Shown here in pieces: positions 19,827-31,544 of a stretch of 47,709 bases of DNA (its first letter is position 1; every line of letters starts with the position of its first letter). The DNA comes from an uncultured Desulfurellales bacterium (GTDB taxonomy: Bacteria; Campylobacterota_A; Desulfurellia; Desulfurellales; Hippeaceae). The translations under genes were made by a program, and so were the position numbers. The stretch lies in the NCBI GenBank assembly GCA_964522785.1, contig CAZFWO010000001.1:32850-80558 (forward strand), in the 5' to 3' direction. The notes beneath the pieces were generated by a model. The model did not search any database. It was not told where the DNA came from and worked only from the letters and a program-made list of their open reading frames with translations.

Positions 19827-21335
19827 ATGCAGATTAAGGCCAGCGAAATTAGTAATATTATTAAGAAAGAAATAGAAAGTTCAAAAGAATTCGTCAATGT
19901 TAGCGAGGTTGGCAATGTTTTAAGCGTAGGCGATGGTATAGCAAGGATATATGGACTAAAGAATGTTATGGCAAATGAACTTGTTGAATTTGAAAACGGT
20001 ACAATCGGCATGGCTTTAAACCTTGAAGAAGATAACGTTGGTGTAATTGTACTTGGTGAGGACAAGGATATTAAGGAAGGCGATACAGTAAAGAGAACCA
20101 AAAGAATATCCCAGGTGCCTGTAGGTGAACCAATGGTTGGAAGGGTCGTTAATGCATTGGGCGAACCTATAGACGGCAAGGGGCCGATAGAAAGTGAGAA
20201 TAGTAGAAGAATAGAGATTAAAGCCCCGGGTATCGTTCAGAGGCAGCCTGTTAAAGAACCTCTACAAACCGGTATTAAAGCTATTGATGCCATGATACCT
20301 ATTGGAAGAGGGCAGAGAGAGCTTATAATTGGTGATAGACAGATTGGTAAGACTCAGATTGCACTCGATACCATTATTAATCAGAAAGATACGGATGTTT
20401 ATTGTATATATGTTGCAATAGGACAAAAAAGGTCAACTGTTGCAAGAATCTATAAAAAATTAGAAGAGGTTGGTGCAATGAAATATACCACTATAGTTGC
20501 AGCTACGGCATCAGACCCCGCACCTCTCCAATATATAGTGCCTTATTCAGGTGTTACAATGGGTGAATACTTTAGAGATAACGGTATGCATGCATTAATT
20601 ATATATGATGATTTGACAAAGCATGCACAGGCATATAGACAGGTTTCCTTGTTGCTTAGAAGGCCGCCTGGAAGAGAGGCTTATCCTGGGGATGTTTTTT
20701 ATCTTCACTCAAGGCTGCTGGAGCGTGCAGCAAAATTGTCAGATGAGTTAGGTGGCGGTTCTTTAACTGCCCTGCCTATAATTGAAACTCAGGCAGGGGA
20801 TGTTTCAGCCTATATTCCTACAAACGTTATTTCAATAACGGATGGGCAAATCTATCTTGAAAGCGATCTGTTTTATGCAGGGACAAGGCCTGCTGTTAAT
20901 GCTGGAATATCCGTTTCAAGGGTTGGAGGATCAGCACAGATAAAAGCTATGAAGCAGGTTGCAGGTATGTTGAGACTATCTTTGGCTCAATATAGAGAAC
21001 TTGCTGCTTTCGCACAATTTGGCAGCGATCTTGACAAGGCTACGCAGCAGCAGATAAGCAGGGGCGCAAGGCTTACTGAGATATTGAAACAGCCTCCATA
21101 TTCTCCGTTAGCAGTTGAAAAACAGATATTGATTATATATGCTGGCAATAATGGGTATTTAGATGAAATAGATGTTAATCAAATAAAAAAATATGAAACA
21201 GAGCTTTATAAATTTATTGAAGGTCAGCATCCTGATATATTTACATCGTTAAAAGAAAAGAAGAAGATAGATGACGAAATCAAGGCAAAAATAGATAAAG
21301 CTCTGGAAGAGTTTAAAAAGGTGTTTAAGCCTTAA
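19827..21335 (+). CDS. atpA: F0F1 ATP synthase subunit alpha
   Basis: Walker [12 protein letters not shown] and highly conserved alpha blocks ([29 protein letters not shown]). Confidence 0.98.
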   Translation: MQIKASEISNIIKKEIESSKEFVNVSEVGNVLSVGDGIARIYGLKNVMANELVEFENGTIGMALNLEEDNVGVIVLGEDKDIKEGDTVKRTKRISQVPVGEPMVGRVVNALGEPIDGKGPIESENSRRIEIKAPGIVQRQPVKEPLQTGIKAIDAMIPIGRGQRELIIGDRQIGKTQIALDTIINQKDTDVYCIYVAIGQKRSTVARIYKKLEEVGAMKYTTIVAATASDPAPLQYIVPYSGVTMGEYFRDNGMHALIIYDDLTKHAQAYRQVSLLLRRPPGREAYPGDVFYLHSRLLERAAKLSDELGGGSLTALPIIETQAGDVSAYIPTNVISITDGQIYLESDLFYAGTRPAVNAGISVSRVGGSAQIKAMKQVAGMLRLSLAQYRELAAFAQFGSDLDKATQQQISRGARLTEILKQPPYSPLAVEKQILIIYAGNNGYLDEIDVNQIKKYETELYKFIEGQHPDIFTSLKEKKKIDDEIKAKIDKALEEFKKVFKP

Positions 21336-21350
21336 AAAGGGGTATCTACT

Positions 21351-22226
21351 ATGGCTTTAAGCATGAAAGATATTAAAAGAAAAATAGCTAGCGTTCAAAA
21401 AACCCAGCAAATAACAAAAGCCATGAAGATGGTGGCTGCTGCAAAATTAAGAAAAACACAAGAAGCAGCTTTACAATTCAGACCCTACATAAATAGACTG
21501 GAACAGGTGATATCTTCGTCTTTGGAATCCACTTCCCATATGGATCACCCGCTGTTGTTTTTCAGAGATGTGAAAAATGTTGATATTATTGTTGTTACTT
21601 CGGATCGAGGGTTGTGCGGAGCATTTAACCATAATGTTTTAAAGGAAACCGAAAATTTGATTAAAGGCAAGTTTGCAGGTAAAAACGTCAACCTTGTATT
21701 GATAGGTAAGTTTGCAGGTCACTATTTTAAATTCAAAGGTATTGAGCCCAAGTATGCTTATACGGATATATTAAAAGATAGGGTTGATTATGCAATATCT
21801 TCAGAGATAATGGAAAAGGTTATTGACGACTTTGTAAACGAAAAAACAGATGAAGTCTACATAGTATATAATAGATTTGTAAATGTTTTGGTGCAGCAAG
21901 TTGTGGTAAAAAAGGTTTTGCCTATATATTTTGGTGAAAGTGTGCCGACCGATATGACTAAAAGATGTGAGAAATTTGAATTTGAGCCTGATAAATCATC
22001 TGTTTTAAATGAACTGTTACCAGAATATACTAAAATTAATCTGTATGAAAGTATGTTGGAGTCACTGGCAGGAGAATATGCTGCAAGAATGACAGCTATG
22101 GATGCTGCTACGAATAATGCAACAGAGATAATAAGAAGCTTGACGCTTGAATTTAATAAAGCTAGACAAGCAGCTATCACAAAAGAATTAATAGAGATAA
22201 CAACAAGTATAGAATCTATGAAATAA
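21351..22226 (+). CDS. atpG: F0F1 ATP synthase subunit gamma
   Basis: N-terminal IKRKIASVQKTQQITKAMKMVAAAKLRK and C-terminal RQAAITKELIEI gamma signatures. Confidence 0.95.
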   Translation: MALSMKDIKRKIASVQKTQQITKAMKMVAAAKLRKTQEAALQFRPYINRLEQVISSSLESTSHMDHPLLFFRDVKNVDIIVVTSDRGLCGAFNHNVLKETENLIKGKFAGKNVNLVLIGKFAGHYFKFKGIEPKYAYTDILKDRVDYAISSEIMEKVIDDFVNEKTDEVYIVYNRFVNVLVQQVVVKKVLPIYFGESVPTDMTKRCEKFEFEPDKSSVLNELLPEYTKINLYESMLESLAGEYAARMTAMDAATNNATEIIRSLTLEFNKARQAAITKELIEITTSIESMK

Positions 22227-22229
22227 TAA

Positions 22230-23654
<1,425 letters not shown>

Positions 23655-23669
23655 GAGGTAATAGATTTT

Positions 23670-24071
23670 ATGTCTACTTTGAATTGTTCCATAGTTACAC
23701 CGGAAAAAAAGGTATTTGATGGTAAAATAAACTATATTTCAGCACCCGGTAAAATAGGTGAGTTTGGTGTTTTGCCGGGTCATGAAAATTTTATTACAAC
23801 ATTGGATATAGGAATTATTAATATAGAAAATGAAAATAATGAAACGGAGCAACTTCTTGTTGTTGGCGGATATTTTGAGGTCTCTGAGGACAAAGTTATT
23901 GTTATAGCAGATGAAGTGTATTATAAAGATGATGTAGATGTAGAAAAAGTTACCAAGAAATTAGAAGAGTATAAAGCTCAATTGTCATCTTTAGGCTTTA
24001 ATGATGCTGATTATCCTAAGGTAAAGCACAAATACGAAAAATATTCCAATATGCTGAAGTTGGCATCGTAG
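23670..24071 (+). CDS. atpC: F0F1 ATP synthase subunit epsilon
   Basis: Size, position after atpD, and N-terminal IVTPEKKVFDG...GEFGVLPGH pattern. Confidence 0.9.
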   Translation: MSTLNCSIVTPEKKVFDGKINYISAPGKIGEFGVLPGHENFITTLDIGIINIENENNETEQLLVVGGYFEVSEDKVIVIADEVYYKDDVDVEKVTKKLEEYKAQLSSLGFNDADYPKVKHKYEKYSNMLKLAS

Positions 24072-24083
24072 GAATCCTTGAAT

Positions 24084-24665
24084 ATGGGAAATTATTTTAG
24101 TTTTGAACATATAGGGTCTGTAGCTGTTATAGTTTTAGTATTACTTGGAATTATGTCTATATTTTCGTGGAGCTTTATGATCTATAAGTGGCTTCAGTTA
24201 AATTCTATAGAGAAAGGAAATAGTATTTTTTTGAACAAATTTATAGATTCTAAAGAAAAAGGTTCTTTATCTTCATTTGCCCAAATAAATAATTCTCATG
24301 CTGCTAATATATATTTATTGAGTAGGGAATCATACTCTTCGGCTGCAACATTTTTAGAGATATTGGATAAAAAAATAGGAGGCAGTTTTCCGTGGCTTGC
24401 ATCGGTCGGTGCAACTGCTCCTTTCGTAGGTCTTTTTGGTACTGTTTGGGGTATTATTAATGCTTTTGGCAGTATAGGAACGGCAGAAAATGTTAGTATT
24501 TCAACGGTTGCACCTGGCATATCTGAAGCCTTAATTACCACAGCTGCCGGTATATTCGTTGCAGTTCCAGCTGTTATAGGGTATAATATACTTTATTCAA
24601 AGTTTTCATCCATAATGAAAGAGCTATTAGGATTTTTAGAAGCCATGTCAAATGAAAAAATCTAA
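24084..24665 (+). CDS. tolQ: Tol-Pal system protein TolQ (MotA/TolQ/ExbB channel family)
   Basis: ATAPFVGLFGTVWGIINAF and EALITTAAGIFVAVPAVIGYN blocks. It is followed by tolR, tolA, tolB and pal. ATG 24084 is preferred, with the listed TTG 24078 as an alternative. Confidence 0.85.
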   Translation: MGNYFSFEHIGSVAVIVLVLLGIMSIFSWSFMIYKWLQLNSIEKGNSIFLNKFIDSKEKGSLSSFAQINNSHAANIYLLSRESYSSAATFLEILDKKIGGSFPWLASVGATAPFVGLFGTVWGIINAFGSIGTAENVSISTVAPGISEALITTAAGIFVAVPAVIGYNILYSKFSSIMKELLGFLEAMSNEKI

Positions 24666-25059
24666 TAATTATAGCAGTTATAATAATGTCAAACAATTTT
24701 CAGACATAAATATAACGCCGCTTGTTGATGTTGTTCTTGTTTTATTAATAATTTTTATGGTTACAACCCCTATGCTTGTAAAGGGTATTAAAGTAAACCT
24801 ACCGAAGGCATCTTCAGGTGTGCAAAATGCCTCTAAGAAAGATATAATAATTTCAATCAATAAGAATGGAAATTATTATATAGATAAGGTGTTGGTTGAT
24901 GAAAAAGCTCTAAGGGATTTTTTAAAAAGCCACAACAAAAGAAGTGTTATAATAAAGTCAGATAAAAATGTAGTCTATGGCAAGGTTATCAGACTTATAG
25001 ATATAGTTAAAACTTCGGGCATAAGTAGGGTGGGGCTGGCTACAGAACCGAAAAAATGA
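24652..25059 (+). CDS. tolR: Tol-Pal system protein TolR (ExbD/TolR family)
   Basis: DINITPLVDVVLVLLIIFMVT TM segment and ~135 aa size. It overlaps the tolQ end. Confidence 0.85.
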   Translation: MKKSNNYSSYNNVKQFSDINITPLVDVVLVLLIIFMVTTPMLVKGIKVNLPKASSGVQNASKKDIIISINKNGNYYIDKVLVDEKALRDFLKSHNKRSVIIKSDKNVVYGKVIRLIDIVKTSGISRVGLATEPKK

Positions 25060-25775
25060 AACTCATAAGTATTTTAATATCTGTAGTTATTCATCTTATT
25101 TTTATTGTAGCCTATCTTTTTTTAGCCCAACTACATACAGTGTACAAAGTGGGTAAAAAGGTTTATACTGTTAATATTGTGCAGGTTGATAATATTAAGA
25201 AAAAAACTGTAATCAAGCAGGATAAAACAGTAACAAAAATATCGAATCCGAAGCATAAATCCGAGCGTACAGAAAAATATAGTAAAAAACATAAAGCAAA
25301 ACCAAAAAGGAAAAATATAGATAGAGTGCTTGATTCAATGTTGAAACACAAAATAGAGCAGATAAAAAGAGAGATACAGGCAAAAAAGGTTGAAAACGTT
25401 AGAAATATGATTGTGAGAGAAAGGATAAAAGCCTTGAAGCAAAATATTGAAAATACGGCCAGTAAAAGCGCAAATACGGAAAAAAGCGCTTACAGTTATA
25501 TACAGTTAATAAAAGGACTTATATACTCAAACTGGGGTGTGGAAAAAAGCCTGATTAAGAACAATAATTATGCAACAGATGTTGATATCAGGCTTGATTT
25601 TAAGGGAGATTTAGTTTATATAAAAATAGTAAGAAGTTCAAAGAACTCTTATTTTGACACTACAATAATAGATGCAATTAGAAAAAGTGAGCCGTTTCCA
25701 AGGCCACCCGGTAATATTTTAGAAAATGGTTATGTTGAGTTTAGAATAACGTTTGATAGTAGGGAGAAGAAATGA
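25056..25775 (+). CDS. tolA: TolA-like protein (TonB/TolA C-terminal domain)
   Basis: N-terminal TM, a Lys-rich linker and a small C-terminal domain (PFPRPPGN...VEFRITF). ATGA overlaps on both sides, and it sits between tolR and tolB. Confidence 0.65.
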   Translation: MKLISILISVVIHLIFIVAYLFLAQLHTVYKVGKKVYTVNIVQVDNIKKKTVIKQDKTVTKISNPKHKSERTEKYSKKHKAKPKRKNIDRVLDSMLKHKIEQIKREIQAKKVENVRNMIVRERIKALKQNIENTASKSANTEKSAYSYIQLIKGLIYSNWGVEKSLIKNNNYATDVDIRLDFKGDLVYIKIVRSSKNSYFDTTIIDAIRKSEPFPRPPGNILENGYVEFRITFDSREKK

Positions 25776-27046
25776 AAAAAAATTTAATATTTGTAGTTTG
25801 CATTATTGCACTGTTTTTTAATGTAGCAAACGCCAAGGTGTTTACGTTCACAATAGAAAATCCAAACTACAAACCTATTAATATTGGGTTGTGGGGATTT
25901 GAACACTCTAAAAGCGACAATGTGGCGGTAAAGAAAATACAGGATACTGTAATTAAAGATTTAACTATTTCTGGACTTTTTTCGGTGGATAAAACTCAAA
26001 CGTTCTCATATGATGCTCCAATCAAGGTCGTTGCAGGACTCGGTAAAATAGATAATTTGAATTATGTAATATATGGCAGCTCGTTTATGTCCGGGAAAGA
26101 TATGTATTTGAATATTAAAATGGTAGATGTAGCTAAGGGTATAATTTTCTTTGATCACTCATATTATTCAAACTTACAATCATTTGAATGGATAGGCAAT
26201 GTTATTGTAGACGAGCTACTAAGATATGTTACCGGGATTTACGGTCCGTTTGAAAGCAAAATTGTTTTTTCGAAAGGTAGAGGAAGGGTTAGAGATATTT
26301 ATATAGCTGATTTCAATGGCAACAACGTAAAGAGACTAACGAATTGGCACACAATGAATATATTGCCCAAGTGGATTGATTCTCAAGCCATAAGTTTTCT
26401 CTCATATAGATACGGAAAGCCCTCCATATTCTTGTTTGACCTATATAATGGCAGGGTAAGCAGGCTTTTTTATAAATCTTCTCTGAGTATATCGGCTATA
26501 AAGTATGACTATGATAAATTTGCCATACCTTTTAGTAAAGATGATAATGTAGATATATACATAGTAAACAAAAGAGGAAAAGTATTAAGAAATCTTACAA
26601 ATTCATATGGTATAGATGTTTCACCTTCTTTTACATCAAACTATTCAAAGATGGTATTTGTCTCAAATAGAACCGGTTCTCCTCAAATATATTTGAAAGA
26701 TTTAGAAAATTTTGGTTTAACAAATAGATTAACTTTTAATGGAAAGTATAACTCAAGCCCTGTAATATCTCCAGATGATAAGAAGATAGCATATATCTCT
26801 ATAGACAAAGGAAAAACATTCCTTAGAGTTATGGATATTGACGGTTCAAATGACAAAGCTGTAATGGTGGGATATAATCTTGATTCGCCAAGTTGGTCGT
26901 ATGATTCAAGGTTTGTCGCAATAACAGCGGAATTGAACGGACAGCGAGGGATATACATAGTAAACACCTTAAATAATAATTATTATATTGCAACAGGTGA
27001 CAATAATATGTATAATGGCTTGAGTGTTGGTAAGAAAATTGAGTAG
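25772..27046 (+). CDS. tolB: Tol-Pal system beta-propeller protein TolB
   Basis: Signal peptide plus repeated propeller blades (SPSFTSNYSKMVFVSNRTGSPQIYL, SPVISPDDKKIAY, SPSWSYDSRFVA). Confidence 0.9.
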   Translation: MKKNLIFVVCIIALFFNVANAKVFTFTIENPNYKPINIGLWGFEHSKSDNVAVKKIQDTVIKDLTISGLFSVDKTQTFSYDAPIKVVAGLGKIDNLNYVIYGSSFMSGKDMYLNIKMVDVAKGIIFFDHSYYSNLQSFEWIGNVIVDELLRYVTGIYGPFESKIVFSKGRGRVRDIYIADFNGNNVKRLTNWHTMNILPKWIDSQAISFLSYRYGKPSIFLFDLYNGRVSRLFYKSSLSISAIKYDYDKFAIPFSKDDNVDIYIVNKRGKVLRNLTNSYGIDVSPSFTSNYSKMVFVSNRTGSPQIYLKDLENFGLTNRLTFNGKYNSSPVISPDDKKIAYISIDKGKTFLRVMDIDGSNDKAVMVGYNLDSPSWSYDSRFVAITAELNGQRGIYIVNTLNNNYYIATGDNNMYNGLSVGKKIE

Positions 27047-27056
27047 GAGAAAAAGA

Positions 27057-27617
27057 ATGAAAAAGTATGTATATTACTTGTTGGGCATTGTTATGGTTGC
27101 ATTCTTGATTAACGGATGCAGTAAAAATGCTAAAATGTTAAAGGGTAATGAAGCAGGTAACAGAACAAATACTACTCAAAGCAACATAAAATATCCCTCG
27201 TTAGGTAATACTGAGAATAAGCAAATTACATCGGCAGAGGCTTTACAAAACAGTATTTTATCACTAAAAAAAGATATTCACTTTAAATTTAACAGTTCAA
27301 ATCTGGAAAGTATTGATGAGTATGGCATATCTGAAAATCCTGTAGATATTTTGGATAATATAGCTACCATTATGATAAATAACCCATCCGTTAAAATCAG
27401 GATTGAGGGTAACTGTGATGAAAGGGGAACAGAGGAGTATAATTTGGCATTGGGTCAAAAACGTGCATTGGCAGCCAAAAAATATTTAGAAGTTAAAGGT
27501 ATAAACCCCGAAAGAATAACCATTTTGTCTTATGGTGAAAGTCAACCTGTTGACTTGGGTCATTCTGAAGAGGCATGGGCTAAAAACAGAAGAGATCATT
27601 TCGTATTTATACGATAA
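27057..27617 (+). CDS. pal: peptidoglycan-associated lipoprotein Pal (OmpA-like domain), copy 1
   Basis: Lipobox LINGC after a signal peptide, and an OmpA-like C-domain IEGNCDERGTEEYNLALGQKRA...NRRDHF. ATG 27057 with RBS AGGAG at 27045-27049 is preferred over the listed start 27024. Confidence 0.88.
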   Translation: MKKYVYYLLGIVMVAFLINGCSKNAKMLKGNEAGNRTNTTQSNIKYPSLGNTENKQITSAEALQNSILSLKKDIHFKFNSSNLESIDEYGISENPVDILDNIATIMINNPSVKIRIEGNCDERGTEEYNLALGQKRALAAKKYLEVKGINPERITILSYGESQPVDLGHSEEAWAKNRRDHFVFIR

Positions 27618-27641
27618 ATTTTTTTATTAGGAGGGAGAGAG

Positions 27642-28175
27642 ATGAGAAAGAAGACCGTTATTTTGGCAGCATCTTTGGCTGCAATATCTTTTCTTGGTAC
27701 AGGTTGCGCATGTATGCATAAAACAAAAACACAGCCTACGAAGGTAGTTGTGCAGCAGCCGGTAACAAAAAATCAACAGCCGACTGTTCAAGTTATTACA
27801 GATAAGCAATTTAAAACTATTTTCCAAGATATTCATTTTAACTTTGACAAATATGATTTAACTACAATAAACAAGTATGGAGTAAAGCAGAATGTTCCAG
27901 CTGTATTGGATATAATGGCTGAATTTATGACAGCTCACCCATCCGTTAAAATCAGGATTGAGGGTAACTGTGATGAAAGGGGAACAGAGGAGTATAATTT
28001 GGCATTGGGCAAAAAAAGAGCTGAGTCAGCAAAAGAGTATTTAATATCAAAAGGTATTTCGACAGATAGAATAGATACAATATCATATGGAGAAAGTAAG
28101 CCATTAGACCCTGAGCACAACGAAAAAGCATGGGCTAAAAACAGAAGAGATCATTTTGTCATAACAGAGAGGTAG
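27642..28175 (+). CDS. Pal/OmpA-like lipoprotein, tandem paralogue (copy 2)
   Basis: Lipobox LGTGC, the same OmpA-like C-domain, and RBS AGGAGGG upstream. Confidence 0.88.
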   Translation: MRKKTVILAASLAAISFLGTGCACMHKTKTQPTKVVVQQPVTKNQQPTVQVITDKQFKTIFQDIHFNFDKYDLTTINKYGVKQNVPAVLDIMAEFMTAHPSVKIRIEGNCDERGTEEYNLALGKKRAESAKEYLISKGISTDRIDTISYGESKPLDPEHNEKAWAKNRRDHFVITER

Positions 28176-28177
28176 GC

Positions 28178-29011
28178 ATGTTGAAGCCGATTTCACTTAT
28201 TGCATCTTTATTGTTTATTTTTGTGATTGGCATAGCTAATGCGCAGGAAAACCCATACGCCCTTGAAACAAAAGTAATTAAAAACGATCAGGCAATACAA
28301 AACTTAAGACAACAACAGGCTAATCTCTATCTAAAAATAGAAGATCTGCTTGTAAAGTATGGCGAATTAAAAGGACAGTTGGAAGCTATAAGCCATAAGT
28401 TAGACTATATGGAGTCAAAGATTGATAACCTCTATCACAACCCAGACAAATCTACAGCTTTGACTCCCCCTTCTTTAAATTCAAATTCTAAGAGTAATAC
28501 ACAAGGTATATATACTGCTAATCAACAACATAATGCAACTGCAGAAAATGGTACTATCATAAAAAAACCATCAACAAACATAGTAACAAATAAAAATCCA
28601 AAAACAATGACATCTCCAGTCGTCACTTCCAGGGTATCAAATGATAAAAATGATTATTTAATTGCCAAAAAAATGTATGATTCTAAAAACTATGACAAAG
28701 CCATCAAGTTTTTTGAGAATTTTAAAGAAAAGTATAAAAATTCGGAGTTTATGCCAAATGCAATATTCTATATTGCTCAAAGTCACTTTAAAAAAGGCGA
28801 ATATGACAAGGCTATTATTAACTACGATTACTTAATTAATACGTATCCAAAAAGCAATAAGGTTGCGGCTGCTTTGTTAAAAGAGGGTATTTCTTTTATA
28901 AAGCTTGGAGATAATATTGATGGAAAGTATCTGCTCAAAAAAACCATAGAAAAATATCCAAATTCAAATGAGTCTAAGGCGGCAAAGCAAGTTTTAAGCA
29001 AGCTTAGATAG
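28178..29011 (+). CDS. cpoB: Tol-Pal system protein CpoB/YbgF (coiled coil + TPR)
   Basis: Signal peptide, an N-terminal coiled coil, a low-complexity linker and C-terminal TPR-like repeats (YDKAIKFFENF..., YDKAIINYDYLINTYP). It sits after pal. Confidence 0.8.
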   Translation: MLKPISLIASLLFIFVIGIANAQENPYALETKVIKNDQAIQNLRQQQANLYLKIEDLLVKYGELKGQLEAISHKLDYMESKIDNLYHNPDKSTALTPPSLNSNSKSNTQGIYTANQQHNATAENGTIIKKPSTNIVTNKNPKTMTSPVVTSRVSNDKNDYLIAKKMYDSKNYDKAIKFFENFKEKYKNSEFMPNAIFYIAQSHFKKGEYDKAIINYDYLINTYPKSNKVAAALLKEGISFIKLGDNIDGKYLLKKTIEKYPNSNESKAAKQVLSKLR

Positions 29012-29041
29012 ATTATAATTGGGAGATATAAACAATATAAA

Positions 29042-30907
29042 ATGATACTTGAAAAAATAAATTACCCTGAGGATTTAAGAAATTTTAGTATAGATGAAAT
29101 GCGTGAACTCTCTGCGGAAATCAGAGAATTTATAGTCAATTCTGTCTCAAGAACAGGTGGGCATCTTGCATCTTCCCTAGGTGCTGTTGATTTGATTTTG
29201 GCTTTACATTATTGTTTCAATACACCCAAAGATAAAATTGTGTGGGATGTAGGCCATCAAACATATGCTCATAAAATTATAACAGGCAGAAAGGAGCAAT
29301 TCAGCACACTCAGGCAGTACAAAGGTATAAGTGGTTTTCCAAAAACAGAAGAGAGTGTGTATGATACATTTGATGTAGGTCATTCGAGTACATCTATATC
29401 GGCTGCACTTGGTATGGCACTCTCAAGAGATATATTAAATTCAAACGAACGTATTATTGCGGTTATAGGGGACGGTTCACTCTCGAGCGGTATAGCCTAC
29501 GAGGGATTGGATAATGCGGGTTATCTCGATACAAATTTAATTGTTGTGGTCAATGATAATAATATGTCAATTTCTCAATCTTTAGGGGCTATATCGACAT
29601 ATCTGTCAAAAAAGATGACGGGGCCTGTGTACAATAGATTGAGAAATGACATAGAAAGGGTTATTAATACGTTGCCTCTTCCTCAAAAACCTGCACTTAA
29701 AGTAGCAAGAAAAATAGAAGAGTCTTTGAAATTTTTTTCACCGGGTTTATTGTTTGAGGAATTGGGATTTAAATATTTTGGACCGATTAACGGCCATAAA
29801 ATAGAAGATCTGATAAAGATATTCAACAATGTAAAGAAAATTAATGGTCCTATAGTAATACATGTTCTGACTAAAAAGGGTAAAGGGTACGCTCCAGCGG
29901 AAGATAACCCATCTCTTTTTCACGGAATAGGCAGGTTTGATGTTAAAACAGGAGAGCCTGTAAAAAAAACAGGTGCGAATCCAACGTATTCCAACATATT
30001 TGGTAATAAACTTTTAAGCATATTTAAAGAGAGAAAAGATGTTGTTGCAATAACTGCGGCAATGCTTTTGGGAACAGGGCTCGATAAATTAAAAAAAGAG
30101 TACCCAGATAGGGTATTCGATGTGGGTATAGCAGAACAACATGCTGTAACCATGGCTGGAGGATTGGCTATATCGGGTATAAAACCCGTAGTGGCAATAT
30201 ATTCTACATTTTTACAAAGGGCATATGATCAAATAATACATGATATAGCTCTTCAAAAACTTCCCGTTGTTTTTGCTATCGATAGAGCGGGCATTGTCGG
30301 TGATGACGGCGAAACGCATCAAGGCAGCTTTGATATATCATATCTGAACCTTGTGCCCAACATGGTAATAGGTGCCCCTAAGGATGCAAGAGAGTTGGAA
30401 AGAATGTTAGATTTGGCAATTAATTATACAGAAGGGCCCTTTGCAATCCGTTATCCTCGTGGTGAATCAATAAATCTTGGATATGAGTTAGATGATAAGG
30501 ACATTAAGGTAGGGAAGTGGCAGATATTAAGAGAGGGCACAGAAGCTGTAATTCTATCTGTGGGTAGCTGTGTAAAAATAGCTTTAGATGCCTATAAAGA
30601 ATTGAAAGAAGAAGGTATGGATGTAGAGGTTGTAAATGCACGTTTTATAAAACCTATGGATAAGGATTATCTTGAGAAAATTAAGAAATTTAAAGCTATA
30701 ATAACAATTGAAGAAAATTCAGCTATTGGGGGTTTTGGCTCTCAAATAGCGATGTATGTAGCGGAAAATAATCTACATATTGCTTTTAAATCCATAGCTC
30801 TTCCAGATAAATTTATAGAGCAAGGTGAACAAAGGTTTTTGATGAATATGATTGGTTTAAATAAAGATAATATTATTAATTCTTTAAGAAATCTTCTAAA
30901 TAAATAG
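29042..30907 (+). CDS. dxs: 1-deoxy-D-xylulose-5-phosphate synthase
   Basis: TGGHLASSLGAVDL, VGHQTYAHKIITGR and the ThDP motif IGDGSLSSGIAYEGLDNAG. Confidence 0.97.
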   Translation: MILEKINYPEDLRNFSIDEMRELSAEIREFIVNSVSRTGGHLASSLGAVDLILALHYCFNTPKDKIVWDVGHQTYAHKIITGRKEQFSTLRQYKGISGFPKTEESVYDTFDVGHSSTSISAALGMALSRDILNSNERIIAVIGDGSLSSGIAYEGLDNAGYLDTNLIVVVNDNNMSISQSLGAISTYLSKKMTGPVYNRLRNDIERVINTLPLPQKPALKVARKIEESLKFFSPGLLFEELGFKYFGPINGHKIEDLIKIFNNVKKINGPIVIHVLTKKGKGYAPAEDNPSLFHGIGRFDVKTGEPVKKTGANPTYSNIFGNKLLSIFKERKDVVAITAAMLLGTGLDKLKKEYPDRVFDVGIAEQHAVTMAGGLAISGIKPVVAIYSTFLQRAYDQIIHDIALQKLPVVFAIDRAGIVGDDGETHQGSFDISYLNLVPNMVIGAPKDARELERMLDLAINYTEGPFAIRYPRGESINLGYELDDKDIKVGKWQILREGTEAVILSVGSCVKIALDAYKELKEEGMDVEVVNARFIKPMDKDYLEKIKKFKAIITIEENSAIGGFGSQIAMYVAENNLHIAFKSIALPDKFIEQGEQRFLMNMIGLNKDNIINSLRNLLNK

Positions 30908-31526
30908 CTTTCTCATATATAGAATAATTTTTAGCGTTAAATTGAGAGCTTACTATTAAAAAAGTTGCATCTCTTTTTCTGTTTCCATATACAGGTTTTA
31001 TCTTTTTTATACCAAACCCGCAGTCGTTAAGTCTATTTATGAGCTCTATAAGCCTTGTGGGATGATAACTTATTATAAGCCAACCCTTATTTTTTATAAT
31101 TCTTCTAAAATTTTTGAGTATTTTATTTATGGGTTGGTTCTCAAATTTTTCACTAAAAAATCTTTTTGAATCTCTGTATGAATCCTTTTTAAAATATGGC
31201 GGATTAGATATAATCATATCTATACTGTTTGTTTCTATATTTTTTACGCTGTCTGTAACAGTTACATTGCTTATATTATTAACGTCTATATTTTTTTTTA
31301 TCAATTCCAGCATTTCAAAATTGTTTTCTACAGCATATATTTGAAGTTTGGGGTTATTCTTGGCTAATATTATCGATATTATTCCGCATCCGCTTCCAAA
31401 ATCAACTACTGTGCCTTTTTTATTGTTAATATTGTGTGTTAAGACAAAGGGTTCTATGGAGAATCTGTATCCATGCTTGGGTTGATATATAGTTAGGGAA
31501 TCCAAAACCGTAAGCTCAATTTCCAT
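30876..31526 (-). CDS. class I SAM-dependent N6-adenine-type methyltransferase (NPPY; TrmN6/YfiC-like)
   Basis: Motif I VVDFGSGCGIISI and motif IV IISNPPYF. At 216 aa, the substrate cannot be assigned from sequence. Confidence 0.75.
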   Translation of the reverse strand: MEIELTVLDSLTIYQPKHGYRFSIEPFVLTHNINNKKGTVVDFGSGCGIISIILAKNNPKLQIYAVENNFEMLELIKKNIDVNNISNVTVTDSVKNIETNSIDMIISNPPYFKKDSYRDSKRFFSEKFENQPINKILKNFRRIIKNKGWLIISYHPTRLIELINRLNDCGFGIKKIKPVYGNRKRDATFLIVSSQFNAKNYSIYEKAIYLEDFLKN

Positions 31527-31544
31527 AAATTTTGGTTCTGATAA

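Noticed and set aside
19472-20179. 235-aa minus-strand ORF
   Set aside because: It is antisense to atpH and atpA, which are unambiguous. Its Ser/Leu/Phe-rich composition is typical of shadow ORFs in AT-rich DNA.
27024-27056. Upstream start for pal copy 1 (and similar long starts at 18219, 24078 and 42130)
   Set aside because: The internal ATG codons have properly spaced Shine-Dalgarno sequences and give standard signal peptide or N-termini. The longer forms overlap the preceding genes or include the RBS itself.
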